Positions 1 to 7,843 of a DNA stretch of 45,113 nt are shown here, piece by piece. Numbering within the stretch: position 1 is the stretch's first letter; every line of letters starts with the position of its first letter. The DNA comes from a virus (lineage: Duplodnaviria; Caudoviricetes). Location: the IMG/VR virus record IMGVR_UViG_3300030376_005384, positions 1 through 45,113 of that record; one strand, 5' to 3'. The notes below the pieces were generated by a model. The model was not told the DNA's origin and made no database searches. It saw nothing but the letters and a program-made list of their open reading frames with translations. Made by a program: the position numbers and the translations under genes.

Positions 1-8
1 AGAAATAA

Positions 9-185
9 GTGAAAAAATACAGAGTACATCAAACAATATCAATTTTTGTAGAAGCTAATAATGAAGCTGAAGCAAAAGAGAAAGCACTAACTGATGATAA
101 TTTGGATGGTTGGAATAAGTGGGATGTAGAAGAATGTGATACGATTATAGACTTCTACCCACCATTAAATAAAAAGGAGAAATAA
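9..185 (+). CDS. Small early protein (58 aa), short allele of 43857..44192
   Basis: GTG start, MKKYRVHQTISIFVEANNEAEAKEKAL...; frame conserved with the diverged end copy; not in the ORF track (read manually). Confidence 0.8.
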   Translation: MKKYRVHQTISIFVEANNEAEAKEKALTDDNLDGWNKWDVEECDTIIDFYPPLNKKEK

Positions 186-371
186 GTGAAAACAACGGGC
201 GAAAAAATGTCTGAACTCGTAGACGAGATGAACTACCAATTATTATGGTACCATTGGATAATCAGATGTTCAGATGTAAAAGAGAGAGTAAAGTTTGATA
301 AAATGAATAAAAAGCAGAGGCTTAAATTCTTAAAAACAGAAGAAAGGAAAAGGAGTAAAAATGGATATTAA
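186..371 (+). CDS. Hypothetical early protein (61 aa)
   Basis: AAGGAG RBS; near-identical allele at 44189..44368. Confidence 0.85.
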   Translation: MKTTGEKMSELVDEMNYQLLWYHWIIRCSDVKERVKFDKMNKKQRLKFLKTEERKRSKNGY

Positions 372-552
372 TAAGTTATCAGAATGGCTAAAAGATAACA
401 AACTTGTAGCCTTAACAGGTACTGATTTAGAGCTTGTTAAAAATTATATAGATAAGAAATGTATTCTTATAATACCAAAAGAATATTTTAACGAGGCTAA
501 TGCAGATTTAGCTTCATCACACATAGAAGAAGCACATGGGAGGAGAAAATAA
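361..552 (+). CDS. Hypothetical early protein (63 aa)
   Basis: AAGGAG RBS; allele at 44941..>45113. Confidence 0.85.
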   Translation: MDINKLSEWLKDNKLVALTGTDLELVKNYIDKKCILIIPKEYFNEANADLASSHIEEAHGRRK

Positions 553-698
553 TGGAGTATAAAACGATACAAATACCAATATCAGAAGAAGATATAAGAA
601 TGTTCCAACAATTAGTACGTTATGGTAGAGAGCCATTTATGTGGACATTTGATGGAGTAAATGTTGAATTTATAAAAGAAGAAGAGGAGGAGGAATAA
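552..698 (+). CDS. Hypothetical early protein (48 aa, acidic tail)
   Basis: Read manually: MEYKTIQIPISEEDIRMFQQLVRYGREPF...EEEEEE; AGGAG RBS, TAATG coupling on both sides. Confidence 0.75.
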   Translation: MEYKTIQIPISEEDIRMFQQLVRYGREPFMWTFDGVNVEFIKEEEEEE

Positions 699-850
699 TG
701 GATGCGGGAATGAGATACCATTTGTATAAAGATATAAAAGAACTTCAGTTTAAGCTTGAATCATTGCGTGATGACCACGAAGAACTGAAAAAGAAACATG
801 AAAAACTACAAAAACAAGTAAAAAACCTAAAGGAGAAAAATGATGAATAA
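698..850 (+). CDS. Hypothetical coiled-coil early protein (50 aa)
   Basis: Read manually: MDAGMRYHLYKDIKELQFKLESLRDDHEELKKKHEKL...; GGAGG RBS. Confidence 0.75.
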   Translation: MDAGMRYHLYKDIKELQFKLESLRDDHEELKKKHEKLQKQVKNLKEKNDE

Positions 851-1064
851 AAAACAAAAAAAGATGATTACAGATGAAGTCGAAGCTTATCATGATATTG
901 TTTCAGACTATAAAGATATTTTTATGGATATAAACAATATTCTTGATTATTCTGTACCCGAAGAACGAGAAGTTTTAGACGGGCTAAGAGCTATAACTGA
1001 TGGTTTTGAAGAAGAGATAAACGAATCATTAGAATTAATACATAAAATACAGGAGGTAAAATGA
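840..1064 (+). CDS. Hypothetical acidic early protein
   Basis: ORF track; AAGGAG RBS. Confidence 0.8.
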   Translation: MMNKKQKKMITDEVEAYHDIVSDYKDIFMDINNILDYSVPEEREVLDGLRAITDGFEEEINESLELIHKIQEVK

Positions 1065-1264
1065 AGGCTCCAAATTACAGAGAAATGAGAGATATGCTGT
1101 CTTTTAGAGAGGCAGAAGATATGACATACAGAGACATACAAGAAATATTATTGTTTGGAACTAAGCCATATGCAGAGATTCCAGATGATGAAATAATGGA
1201 TATGTTTATAGCAACATTTGGGTCGCATTATATACCAAAGAAAAAAGTTAAGGAGGTAAAATGA
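1061..1264 (+). CDS. Hypothetical early protein
   Basis: ORF track; AGGAGGT RBS, ATGA overlap. Confidence 0.8.
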   Translation: MKAPNYREMRDMLSFREAEDMTYRDIQEILLFGTKPYAEIPDDEIMDMFIATFGSHYIPKKKVKEVK

Positions 1265-1326
1265 CAGAAATAGTTCTACTTTCAATAGTATTATTTATTT
1301 TTTATGATTTCGCCAGAAGGTTATAA
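1261..1326 (+). CDS. 21-aa hydrophobic peptide
   Basis: MTEIVLLSIVLFIFYDFARRL; strong AAGGAGGT RBS and ATGA overlap. Confidence 0.55.
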   Translation: MTEIVLLSIVLFIFYDFARRL

Positions 1327-1335
1327 AAATAAATG

Positions 1336-1407
1336 TTGCTTATCAACTTAAGCATTAATAAAATATATAACAATATGTGGGGTAATTACTTAAATTGCCC
1401 TACATAT
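1336..1407 (+). promoter_or_regulatory. Sigma70-like promoter of the replication operon, with operator-like inverted repeat and 5' hairpin
   Basis: TTGCTT(1336)-17nt-TAAAAT(1359); TGCTTA-N6-TAAGCA overlaps -35/spacer; hairpin ATATGTGGGGTAATT/AATTGCCCTACATAT at 1373-1407 with G-U pairs on the + strand. Confidence 0.7.
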
Positions 1408-1436
1408 AAAAAAAGGAAAAGGAGAGCAGTTAAATA

Positions 1437-1604
1437 ATGAGAAATCTTGAGACTCAAGAACAGAATAAAACAAAAAAGAACGTAATCATAACAAATATGG
1501 ATAAAAACCTTTGGAATAAATTTAAAGGAGCTTGCTATTCTCGTGGAACTTCCATGAATAAAGCTATAGCAGAACTTATCGAATCATTTGTTTCTGAAAA
1601 TTAG
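1437..1604 (+). CDS. Ribbon-helix-helix (Arc/ParG-like) DNA-binding protein, 55 aa
   Basis: Read manually: KNVIITNMDKNLWNKFKGACYSRGTSMNKAIAELIESFV shows a strand-helix-G-x-S-helix RHH pattern; AAGGAG RBS. Confidence 0.7.
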   Translation: MRNLETQEQNKTKKNVIITNMDKNLWNKFKGACYSRGTSMNKAIAELIESFVSEN

Positions 1605-1612
1605 GAGAATCC

Positions 1613-2434
1613 TTGAAAAGTAAATGTCCTGTTGATATAGAATCTATCTATAACGACCATATTGTAAGAAAAAACGAAGAAAACTACAAAGAAAGGTATG
1701 TTGGTAAAGAAAGCCATTACCATGCTTCTGGAGCGGGTACTTGTTCAAGGAAGCTGTACTACGAATCTATTGAGCTTGCCCCTACTACAAATCCAGCTAA
1801 TGAAAAATCATCTAGAATTATGAGATTAGGTACAATTGTACATGATGATTTACAGCAAGCCCTTTCCGATACTACTATATATAGTAATACTATAAGTAGT
1901 AATACTACATATGAAGAATCTATATATAGTAAAGAAAAAGATATATATAATATACAAAAAGAAAGTTTTAAATATCACATTGAAGGTGAAGTGTTTATCA
2001 CTTCCTTAAACGTCAGAGGTTTTTATGATTTAGTGGCGGTAAGTGAAGATGATGGTAGTGTTCATTTAATTGATTTTAAAACTATGGCTAGCTATTCCTG
2101 GTCAAGAAAGTTTGGCTGGAAAAATCCCAACCCTAATGCTTCTGTACACCAAGAATTGCAGTTAGGTACTTATGGGTTAGCTATTAAAGAAAAATTTGGT
2201 AGACTTGATAGTATGTGGTTGTACTACTACAATAAAGACAATTCACAGATGAGGTCTTACCAAGTTCCAATGGTTATGCTTGAAAGAGCAAAAGCCTTTT
2301 GGACTAACGTAAACGAAGAACATAAAAAAGGTCTTCCAATGTTTAGAGAAAAATTCAGTCCTGTAGAGGATTGGAATTGCAATTATTGTAGATTTCTAGA
2401 CCATTGTAAACCGCCTTTTTTTAAGAAAAAGTAA
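1613..2434 (+). CDS. Cas4-like PD-(D/E)XK exonuclease with Fe-S cysteines
   Basis: N-terminal CSRKLYY, GTIVH, E..RGFYD..IDFKT, QLGTY, C-terminal CNYCRFLDHC. Confidence 0.85.
   Translation: MKSKCPVDIESIYNDHIVRKNEENYKERYVGKESHYHASGAGTCSRKLYYESIELAPTTNPANEKSSRIMRLGTIVHDDLQQALSDTTIYSNTISSNTTYEESIYSKEKDIYNIQKESFKYHIEGEVFITSLNVRGFYDLVAVSEDDGSVHLIDFKTMASYSWSRKFGWKNPNPNASVHQELQLGTYGLAIKEKFGRLDSMWLYYYNKDNSQMRSYQVPMVMLERAKAFWTNVNEEHKKGLPMFREKFSPVEDWNCNYCRFLDHCKPPFFKKK
1871..1965. repeat. AT-rich repeat/palindrome patch inside the nuclease gene (candidate replication origin)
   Basis: TACTATATATAGTA palindrome 1873-1886; TAGTAATACTA at 1882 and 1897; CTATATATAGTAA at 1875 and 1920; AAAGAAA..ATAT..AAAGAAA. 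Confidence 0.55.
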
Positions 2435-2445
2435 AGGAGATAAGC

Positions 2446-2997
2446 GTGAGTGTATTTCAAAAACTAAAAGACGTTGACATCTCTAAATTAGCAGAGCAAA
2501 AAGGTAAGTTTGATTACTTGTCTTGGGCGCATGCTGTAAGAGAGGTCTTAAAAGTATTTCCAGAGGCAACTTGGGAAGTACATGAATATGATAATATGCC
2601 TTATATGCAAACAACTACAGGCTATTACACAAAGGTAAGTGTAACAATTGAAGGGATAACAAGAACTCAGATTCATCCTGTTCTTGATAATAAAAACCAA
2701 TCTATTGATACACCTAATGCTTTTCAAATAAACACATCAATTCAAAGGTGTTTAGCAAAGGCAATAGCATTACATGGTCTTGGTCTTTCATTATTTGCTG
2801 GTGAAGATTTACCAAATAACATAACAGATAAGCAAGAAAAAGAGTTTACTAAGCTTGCTAATCAAGTTAAAGATGAAAAGGCTAAAAAAGCTATGTTAAG
2901 CGCTCTTGAGAGCGGTAAAATAAACGAATCAAACTATGCAAAAAGTTTGGAACATTGTAAAACAATCATAAAAAACGAAAAAGAAGGAGATAAGTAA
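2446..2997 (+). CDS. Sak/DUF1071-type single-strand annealing protein
   Basis: YLSWAHA, PVLDNKN, INTSIQRCLAKAIALHGLGL..AGED motifs; located next to an exonuclease. Confidence 0.85.
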   Translation: MSVFQKLKDVDISKLAEQKGKFDYLSWAHAVREVLKVFPEATWEVHEYDNMPYMQTTTGYYTKVSVTIEGITRTQIHPVLDNKNQSIDTPNAFQINTSIQRCLAKAIALHGLGLSLFAGEDLPNNITDKQEKEFTKLANQVKDEKAKKAMLSALESGKINESNYAKSLEHCKTIIKNEKEGDK

Positions 2998-3620
2998 TGG
3001 CTACTGAAACAGCTAAAATGTTTGACGATATGTTGAACGATACAGAAAGTTTCTTTGTTCCAGGCGAAGAAACAGAAACAAAACCTAAAAATGCACCGAA
3101 TGTAAGAGGAGAGTTTTATGGTCACATGCAAAATGCTACAAGCAGAGAAGTATCATGGACTAAAGATGGTAAAACTTTTAAAGCTTTAGTATATAACTAT
3201 GAATTTGTTGTTGATGCTAAAAACTCAGAGATGTCTTACGAAGGTAAGAATGGAAAGATTAAAGGTGAAGAGTATATTGGTAGAACTTACAGGTCTAATG
3301 GTATCTTTAGATTTTTAGAGCCTAAAGAGGGAGATGATTTTGAGTCAAACTCTACAGGCAACAAAAGATACTTTCAGTTCTGTGAGACTATTGGTGTAGA
3401 GATACCAAGAAAAGTGGTTAAAATGGATGGTAAAGACGTTGAAGTACAGGTTTTACCACCACTTAAAGGTACTGATATTGATGGAGGGCCAGTTATAGCT
3501 CTTATAGATGCTGGTAAACCATATAAAAATAAAGATGGTGAAGAAAGAACACCATTTGTAGTTAAATATGTAAAACAGTGGGAAGGAGGAGTTAAGAAAG
3601 ATGCAGACATCCCATTCTAA
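2997..3620 (+). CDS. Putative single-stranded DNA-binding protein
   Basis: Beta-rich, ends in SSB-type tail DADIPF; follows the annealase. Confidence 0.55.
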   Translation: MATETAKMFDDMLNDTESFFVPGEETETKPKNAPNVRGEFYGHMQNATSREVSWTKDGKTFKALVYNYEFVVDAKNSEMSYEGKNGKIKGEEYIGRTYRSNGIFRFLEPKEGDDFESNSTGNKRYFQFCETIGVEIPRKVVKMDGKDVEVQVLPPLKGTDIDGGPVIALIDAGKPYKNKDGEERTPFVVKYVKQWEGGVKKDADIPF

Positions 3621-3756
3621 AAGAAGATACAAAAAAGTTGGATGGCCTAGAGAGCTTCTTATCAACACCTTGTATGGTTTTGGTATGAAAGGTAAAAGAA
3701 TAAGTAGAATTGTTGGAGTTTCACCTGCAACAGTCTATAGACACATAAAGAGATAA
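3601..3756 (+). CDS. Small helix-turn-helix protein (51 aa)
   Basis: Read manually: ...GMKGKRISRIVGVSPATVYRHIKR, a Hin/resolvase-type HTH; GGAGG RBS. Confidence 0.75.
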   Translation: MQTSHSKRRYKKVGWPRELLINTLYGFGMKGKRISRIVGVSPATVYRHIKR

Positions 3757-3760
3757 ATTA

Positions 3761-3854
3761 TGTGGGAGACTTTGTATATCGTGAGAATACATAGGCGGTT
3801 TTATTGTGTGGTCCTCTCTACCACAGTTCTTTTCCGCCTTTCACGTCTCCCACA
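3761..3854 (+). ncRNA. Candidate structured RNA (multi-stem, ~94 nt)
   Basis: TGTGGGAGAC/GTCTCCCACA 10-bp closing stem; hairpin with GUGA (GNRA) loop; AGGCGG/CCGCCT; TGTGGT-CCTCTCT-ACCACA; intergenic and GC-richer than its flanks. Confidence 0.65.
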
Positions 3855-3878
3855 ACATTAAAGAGAAAAGGAGAAAAT

Positions 3879-4037
3879 ATGCAATGCTGGCATTGTAAAT
3901 CAGAATTAATTTGGGGGGGAGACCATGATTACGAAGATTATGGTAAAGAAGGAGAAGGAATAGTGAGTAATTTTCACTGTCCTGATTGTGAATCGTATTA
4001 TGAATGTTATTTACCGTTAGGAAATCAGGATGATTAG
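3879..4037 (+). CDS. Small Zn-ribbon protein (52 aa)
   Basis: MQCWHC...HCPDC; AAGGAG RBS favours ATG 3879 over the track start 3804. Confidence 0.8.
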   Translation: MQCWHCKSELIWGGDHDYEDYGKEGEGIVSNFHCPDCESYYECYLPLGNQDD

Positions 4038-4131
4038 GTGGTTTAATATTGTTATATATTTAAGCATTATTATAGTTGGTATCACATTTTGGTATTCTTT
4101 CATTGTTTTAATAATAAATTTTTTTAAATAG
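4030..4131 (+). CDS. Small membrane peptide (33 aa)
   Basis: Read manually: MIRWFNIVIYLSIIIVGITFWYSFIVLIINFFK; fills the gap in the operon. Confidence 0.5.
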   Translation: MIRWFNIVIYLSIIIVGITFWYSFIVLIINFFK

Positions 4132-4139
4132 GAGATAAA

Positions 4140-4277
4140 ATGAAAAACCGTACATGGAAAAAAGTTCAAAAAATAAGGGCAGAGCTAGAAAAAAGTCCTA
4201 ATGGATGGCCATTATGTAAAATGGTAGGCGAAGAGTATTTTGGAAATAAAGCGCCAAAGAGTTGGAAAGATGCGTAG
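4140..4277 (+). CDS. Hypothetical protein (45 aa)
   Basis: Read manually: MKNRTWKKVQKIRAELEKSPNGWPLCKM...; AGGAG RBS. Confidence 0.65.
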   Translation: MKNRTWKKVQKIRAELEKSPNGWPLCKMVGEEYFGNKAPKSWKDA

Positions 4278-4620
4278 AAAAGACATGCAAAGCCTGATGA
4301 ACAGGATTATGGACAAAATCTCAGAGACTAGAGATGCAGGTCAGAAGGAATATGCTCGTGACTTGGATAATGTTTTTGCTAATTTTGAAAGGGTTGCATC
4401 TTTTGTAGGTGTTAATAGAGAAAAAGCGCTACTTACTTATATGATAAAGCATGTGGATGGGTTGTGCGCTTATGCTGACGGGCATCAGTCACAAAGAGAA
4501 GACGTTAGAGGTAGGCTTACAGATATTATAGTCTATTGTATTCTGATGTGGGGAATGGTTGAGGATAACGAAAATCCAATGAGCGGAAAATCTGCTCCAG
4601 GCCTTGAGTTTCAAGATTAA
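4270..4620 (+). CDS. Nucleotide-modification-associated domain 1 (Nmad1/DUF1599-like) all-helical protein
   Basis: KEYA..DNVFANFE..KH..DVRGRLTDIIVYCIL pattern; start uncertain (4240 or 4270). Confidence 0.6.
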   Translation: MRRKDMQSLMNRIMDKISETRDAGQKEYARDLDNVFANFERVASFVGVNREKALLTYMIKHVDGLCAYADGHQSQREDVRGRLTDIIVYCILMWGMVEDNENPMSGKSAPGLEFQD

Positions 4621-5083
4621 GAAATGCTCTTATTGTGAAAAATATTGCAAAATGTCCAACTTTAGTTGGAAGCTTAAGAAACTTAATAAAAGAAGTAATA
4701 AGTGTAGACAATGCACAAATGAGTATTCTAGAAAACATTATATTAAATATAAGCATAAATATAAAAAAAGAGTTAAGGCCAATACTGAGAAATATAAAAA
4801 AGAAAGAAGGGATTTAGTTTATGAGTTTAAGCTTAGTAATCCTTGTGCTTCTTGTGGTGAAAGCAATCCTATCGTCCTGGAATTTCACCATCTTGACCCG
4901 AAAGAGAAAAGAAATGATGTATCGAATATGGCATCGCATGGATATTCAGCCAAAAGCATTGAGGAAGAAATCGGAAAATGTATTATATTATGCGCAAACT
5001 GTCATAGAAAAAAAACTGCAAAACAACAAAACTGGCACTCACATAAACGCAAAGAAGGGAGCAAGACGTGGGAAGAGCAATAG
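4604..5083 (+). CDS. HNH endonuclease with Zn-binding cysteines
   Basis: CASCGE..LEFHHLDPKEK..EEEIGKCIILCANCHR; N-terminal CxxC pairs. Confidence 0.9.
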   Translation: MSFKIKKCSYCEKYCKMSNFSWKLKKLNKRSNKCRQCTNEYSRKHYIKYKHKYKKRVKANTEKYKKERRDLVYEFKLSNPCASCGESNPIVLEFHHLDPKEKRNDVSNMASHGYSAKSIEEEIGKCIILCANCHRKKTAKQQNWHSHKRKEGSKTWEEQ

Positions 5084-5271
5084 ATATGGAAAACGATATT
5101 TACAGTCTAAAACAAGAGGTATCGAAACTAAAAGAAGTATTACAAGAAATATTAAATGAGGTAAAAAAGGATGAAAAGAAAAAAACCAACATCAAAGGAA
5201 GTCCAAAGAGTAATAGAAAATCTAATACTGGAAATGGCGACTCTGGAACAGATGATAACGGGTCTAAGTAA
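5068..5271 (+). CDS. Hypothetical protein
   Basis: ORF track; short coiled-coil N-half. Confidence 0.65.
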   Translation: MGRAIDMENDIYSLKQEVSKLKEVLQEILNEVKKDEKKKTNIKGSPKSNRKSNTGNGDSGTDDNGSK

Positions 5272-5392
5272 TGCCCTTATGGAGTACATAGACTTTAAGA
5301 AAGATACTAAGAAATTTGAAAGTTATTTAATAGGAAAGGGGAAACCAAATGCTAGAAAAAAAAGCTCTAGAAAAAATACTAGCGGAAAATAG
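5171..5392 (+). CDS. Hypothetical protein
   Basis: ORF track; GAGGT RBS. Confidence 0.7.
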   Translation: MKRKKPTSKEVQRVIENLILEMATLEQMITGLSNALMEYIDFKKDTKKFESYLIGKGKPNARKKSSRKNTSGK

Positions 5393-5558
5393 TTGGGGTT
5401 TATATTTAAAGGGTAGACCTTTAGAAGAAATTAATACCAACGTAGGTGTGATTTATAAGATATGCGAAGTTTCAATAGAGAAATTAGTTGACGAATACAA
5501 TAAGCATCTAACGAACTTACAAAACGAAAAATTGAAAAACATGCAAAAAGAAGAATAA
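5349..5558 (+). CDS. Hypothetical protein
   Basis: ORF track; AAGGGG RBS. Confidence 0.7.
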   Translation: MLEKKALEKILAENSWGLYLKGRPLEEINTNVGVIYKICEVSIEKLVDEYNKHLTNLQNEKLKNMQKEE

Positions 5559-5573
5559 ACAAAAGGAGATAAA

Positions 5574-6920
5574 ATGCAAGAGATAGCTGATGTAACCACA
5601 GAAGATGTGGTTTTAGGGAGCGTTATCTTTTACCCAAAAGAATACAGTAGAGTAGCTCAATACATACCAGATAGAAAAGTTTTTACACAGATGAAATCTA
5701 AAAACCTGTGGGACAAACTTACCAGTATGATAAAAGAAGGAAAAAATATAGATGTTCCTATATTGTGCGCTTCACTAACAAATGAAGATAATTTAAATGG
5801 TATAACTACCGCATATATAGTTGATATAACTAGCGATGTATGTGGTATGGGCATGATGGAGTCTTATGCTCAAATAATCTACGAAAAATACCTACTCAGA
5901 CAAACAATAGATGCTACAGAAAACATCAAAAAAGATGCCTTAAATAGAGGTGGAGATGTTTACACTTTAATAAATCAAGCACATTCACTTATGGGAGAGC
6001 TTATAAGAGTTAGACCAGGTGAGAAATTTACTATAGATAAAGCTATGTCAGATACTCTTAATACTATGCAAGAAGGTAATAAGAAGATGATTAAGACAGG
6101 CTACAAGGAAATTGACAGCCTTGCAGGAGGGTTAACAAGAGGAGAGATAAGTATTGTTGGAGGAAGGCCAGGACATGGCAAAACAACTTTTCTGGTAAAC
6201 TTGTTAGCCTCTCTTGTTAAAGGTGGTTATAAAGTAGCTATGTTTAATAGAGAATTGCCTAATAGTGAGGTTATTAAGAAGTTAATCTGTATCGAAAACC
6301 CAAGACTTAACTATAGAGACGTTAGGAAAGGTATAGTAGATAAGAGCAATATTGGATTTATTGAAGAACTTAAAAAAGCTTCTAGGAAAATAGCAGATAT
6401 ATATGGTGAAGATAGATTCATTATGTTTGATACTATTAGAGATTTACCAAAAACTGCATCAGAAGTTAAAAAGTTTGAGCCAGACGTAATTATAGATGAT
6501 TATATACAGCTTGTAAGTCCAAGTGGTAAAGAAACTGAGAGAAGATTACAGCTTGAACGCATCTGTAATGAGTATAAATGGCTTGCTAAAGAGACAAAGT
6601 GTGCGGTAATACTTGCTTCACAACTTAATAGGTCGTTAGAATCAAGAAATAAAGAAGCTAGAAGGCCACAGTTATCTGATTTAGCTGAATCAGGAGCTAT
6701 AGAGCAGGTAGCAGAGAATGTTTTCTTTGTCTACTACTCTTATAAGGTTGACCCGTCTATGCACTCTAAAAACGAAATTAGACTAATTGCAAGCAAGGTT
6801 AGATATGGAGAGTCTTCTGAAATAACCCTTAACTATAATGGCGATATTTGTACCATTTATGATAATTGGACAATACCGCATGCAAAGGAGCTAGATGTTA
6901 CAAAAGAATTACCGTTTTAA
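5574..6920 (+). CDS. dnaB: DnaB-like replicative helicase
   Basis: Walker A GGRPGHGKTT, DDYIQL, ASQLNR, PQLSDLAESGAIEQVAE, KVRYG; DnaB-like N-domain. Confidence 0.95.
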   Translation: MQEIADVTTEDVVLGSVIFYPKEYSRVAQYIPDRKVFTQMKSKNLWDKLTSMIKEGKNIDVPILCASLTNEDNLNGITTAYIVDITSDVCGMGMMESYAQIIYEKYLLRQTIDATENIKKDALNRGGDVYTLINQAHSLMGELIRVRPGEKFTIDKAMSDTLNTMQEGNKKMIKTGYKEIDSLAGGLTRGEISIVGGRPGHGKTTFLVNLLASLVKGGYKVAMFNRELPNSEVIKKLICIENPRLNYRDVRKGIVDKSNIGFIEELKKASRKIADIYGEDRFIMFDTIRDLPKTASEVKKFEPDVIIDDYIQLVSPSGKETERRLQLERICNEYKWLAKETKCAVILASQLNRSLESRNKEARRPQLSDLAESGAIEQVAENVFFVYYSYKVDPSMHSKNEIRLIASKVRYGESSEITLNYNGDICTIYDNWTIPHAKELDVTKELPF

Positions 6921-7392
6921 AACGTATATAGGTATAGACCCAGGAAAATCTGGAGGCATATGCTCTATTGAAGATAATAGAATAAGAGCAAATAAGTGTC
7001 CAGACTCTGTTCAGGGCATGGCAGAGCTATTTAAGGATATATTAGAAGATACTTCTCCTAAAGACGTATTTTTATATATAGAAAAAGTATGGGCTATGCC
7101 ACATGACGGTAAGAGTTCGATATTTACATTCGGACAAAATTATGGCCAATGGGAGGGGGTTATTGCATCTTTTAACATAATCCCTATATATGTAACCCCT
7201 TCCACTTGGATGAAGCACCACGAAGTACAAAAGGGATTGAAAAAACAAGAAAGAAAAAACATACTTAAACAAATGGCCCAAGAATTTATTAATTCAGATA
7301 ACTATATATCATATCAATGGAAAGGAGTCGCTACATTAGCAACAGCAGATGCTATTATGTTGGCGAAATATGCAATTGATAAAACTGACTGA
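6895..7392 (+). CDS. ruvC: RuvC-like Holliday junction resolvase
   Basis: YIGIDPGKSGG, IEKV, FTFGQNYG, PSTW, ADAIMLA. Confidence 0.85.
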   Translation: MLQKNYRFKTYIGIDPGKSGGICSIEDNRIRANKCPDSVQGMAELFKDILEDTSPKDVFLYIEKVWAMPHDGKSSIFTFGQNYGQWEGVIASFNIIPIYVTPSTWMKHHEVQKGLKKQERKNILKQMAQEFINSDNYISYQWKGVATLATADAIMLAKYAIDKTD

Positions 7393-7843
7393 TATATATG
7401 ATGTTTTTGGAGACCTTAGTTTAATAACAAACGATTGGAGGAAGATACCATTGGATTACGAAGAAATGAAAAAATTTGACATTGACTTAGAGTTTGGTCA
7501 AATGGGAGAGAAGTTTGTAGAAGACCTACAAAACGGTAATACCATGATAGAAGTAAAAACAGAGAGAGATATATGGAAAACTACAGGTAATATAGCTATA
7601 GAAATAAGATGCAGCGGAAAGCCTAGTGGTATATCTACTACAGGTTCTGCAATATGGATTCATTTACTATCTGATAATAATAAAATTGTAGGTGGATATA
7701 TATTTAGTGTAGACTATTTAAAACAAAAAATAATAGACCTTAAAAAAGAGGGAAAATTAAAACTTGTAATGGGCGGTGATTTTAATGCTAGTCAAATGGC
7801 TCTAATTCCAAGAGAAGAATTGTTTAAAATTTGTCGTAAATAG
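7370..7843 (+). CDS. PD-(D/E)XK-like phage protein
   Basis: FDIDLEFGQMGE..IEVKTERDIWKTTGNIAIE..GKPSGI; start uncertain (7349/7370/7466). Confidence 0.65.
   Translation: MQLIKLTDIYDVFGDLSLITNDWRKIPLDYEEMKKFDIDLEFGQMGEKFVEDLQNGNTMIEVKTERDIWKTTGNIAIEIRCSGKPSGISTTGSAIWIHLLSDNNKIVGGYIFSVDYLKQKIIDLKKEGKLKLVMGGDFNASQMALIPREELFKICRK

Larger units (their letters stand above)
1..533 (+). repeat. Left copy (allele A) of imperfect end repeat; homologous to 43849-45113
   Basis: nt 1-55 identical to 43849-43903; nt 457-533 identical to 45037-45113; the interior is diverged and 732 nt shorter. Confidence 0.95.

Noticed and set aside
91-97. CTGATGA (also at 43939) as further hammerhead cores
   Set aside because: Inside coding sequence (Thr-Asp-Asp) with no flanking stems or GAAA partner.
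1-533. True direct terminal repeats
   Set aside because: Physical DTRs should be identical; these copies are diverged internally and differ by 732 nt.
1613-2434. Cas4-like gene as part of a CRISPR system
   Set aside because: No repeat-spacer array or other cas genes; its context is an exonuclease-annealase-SSB recombination module.
3761-3858. tRNA or tmRNA
   Set aside because: No TTC T-loop, D-loop or CCA end; arm geometry does not fit.
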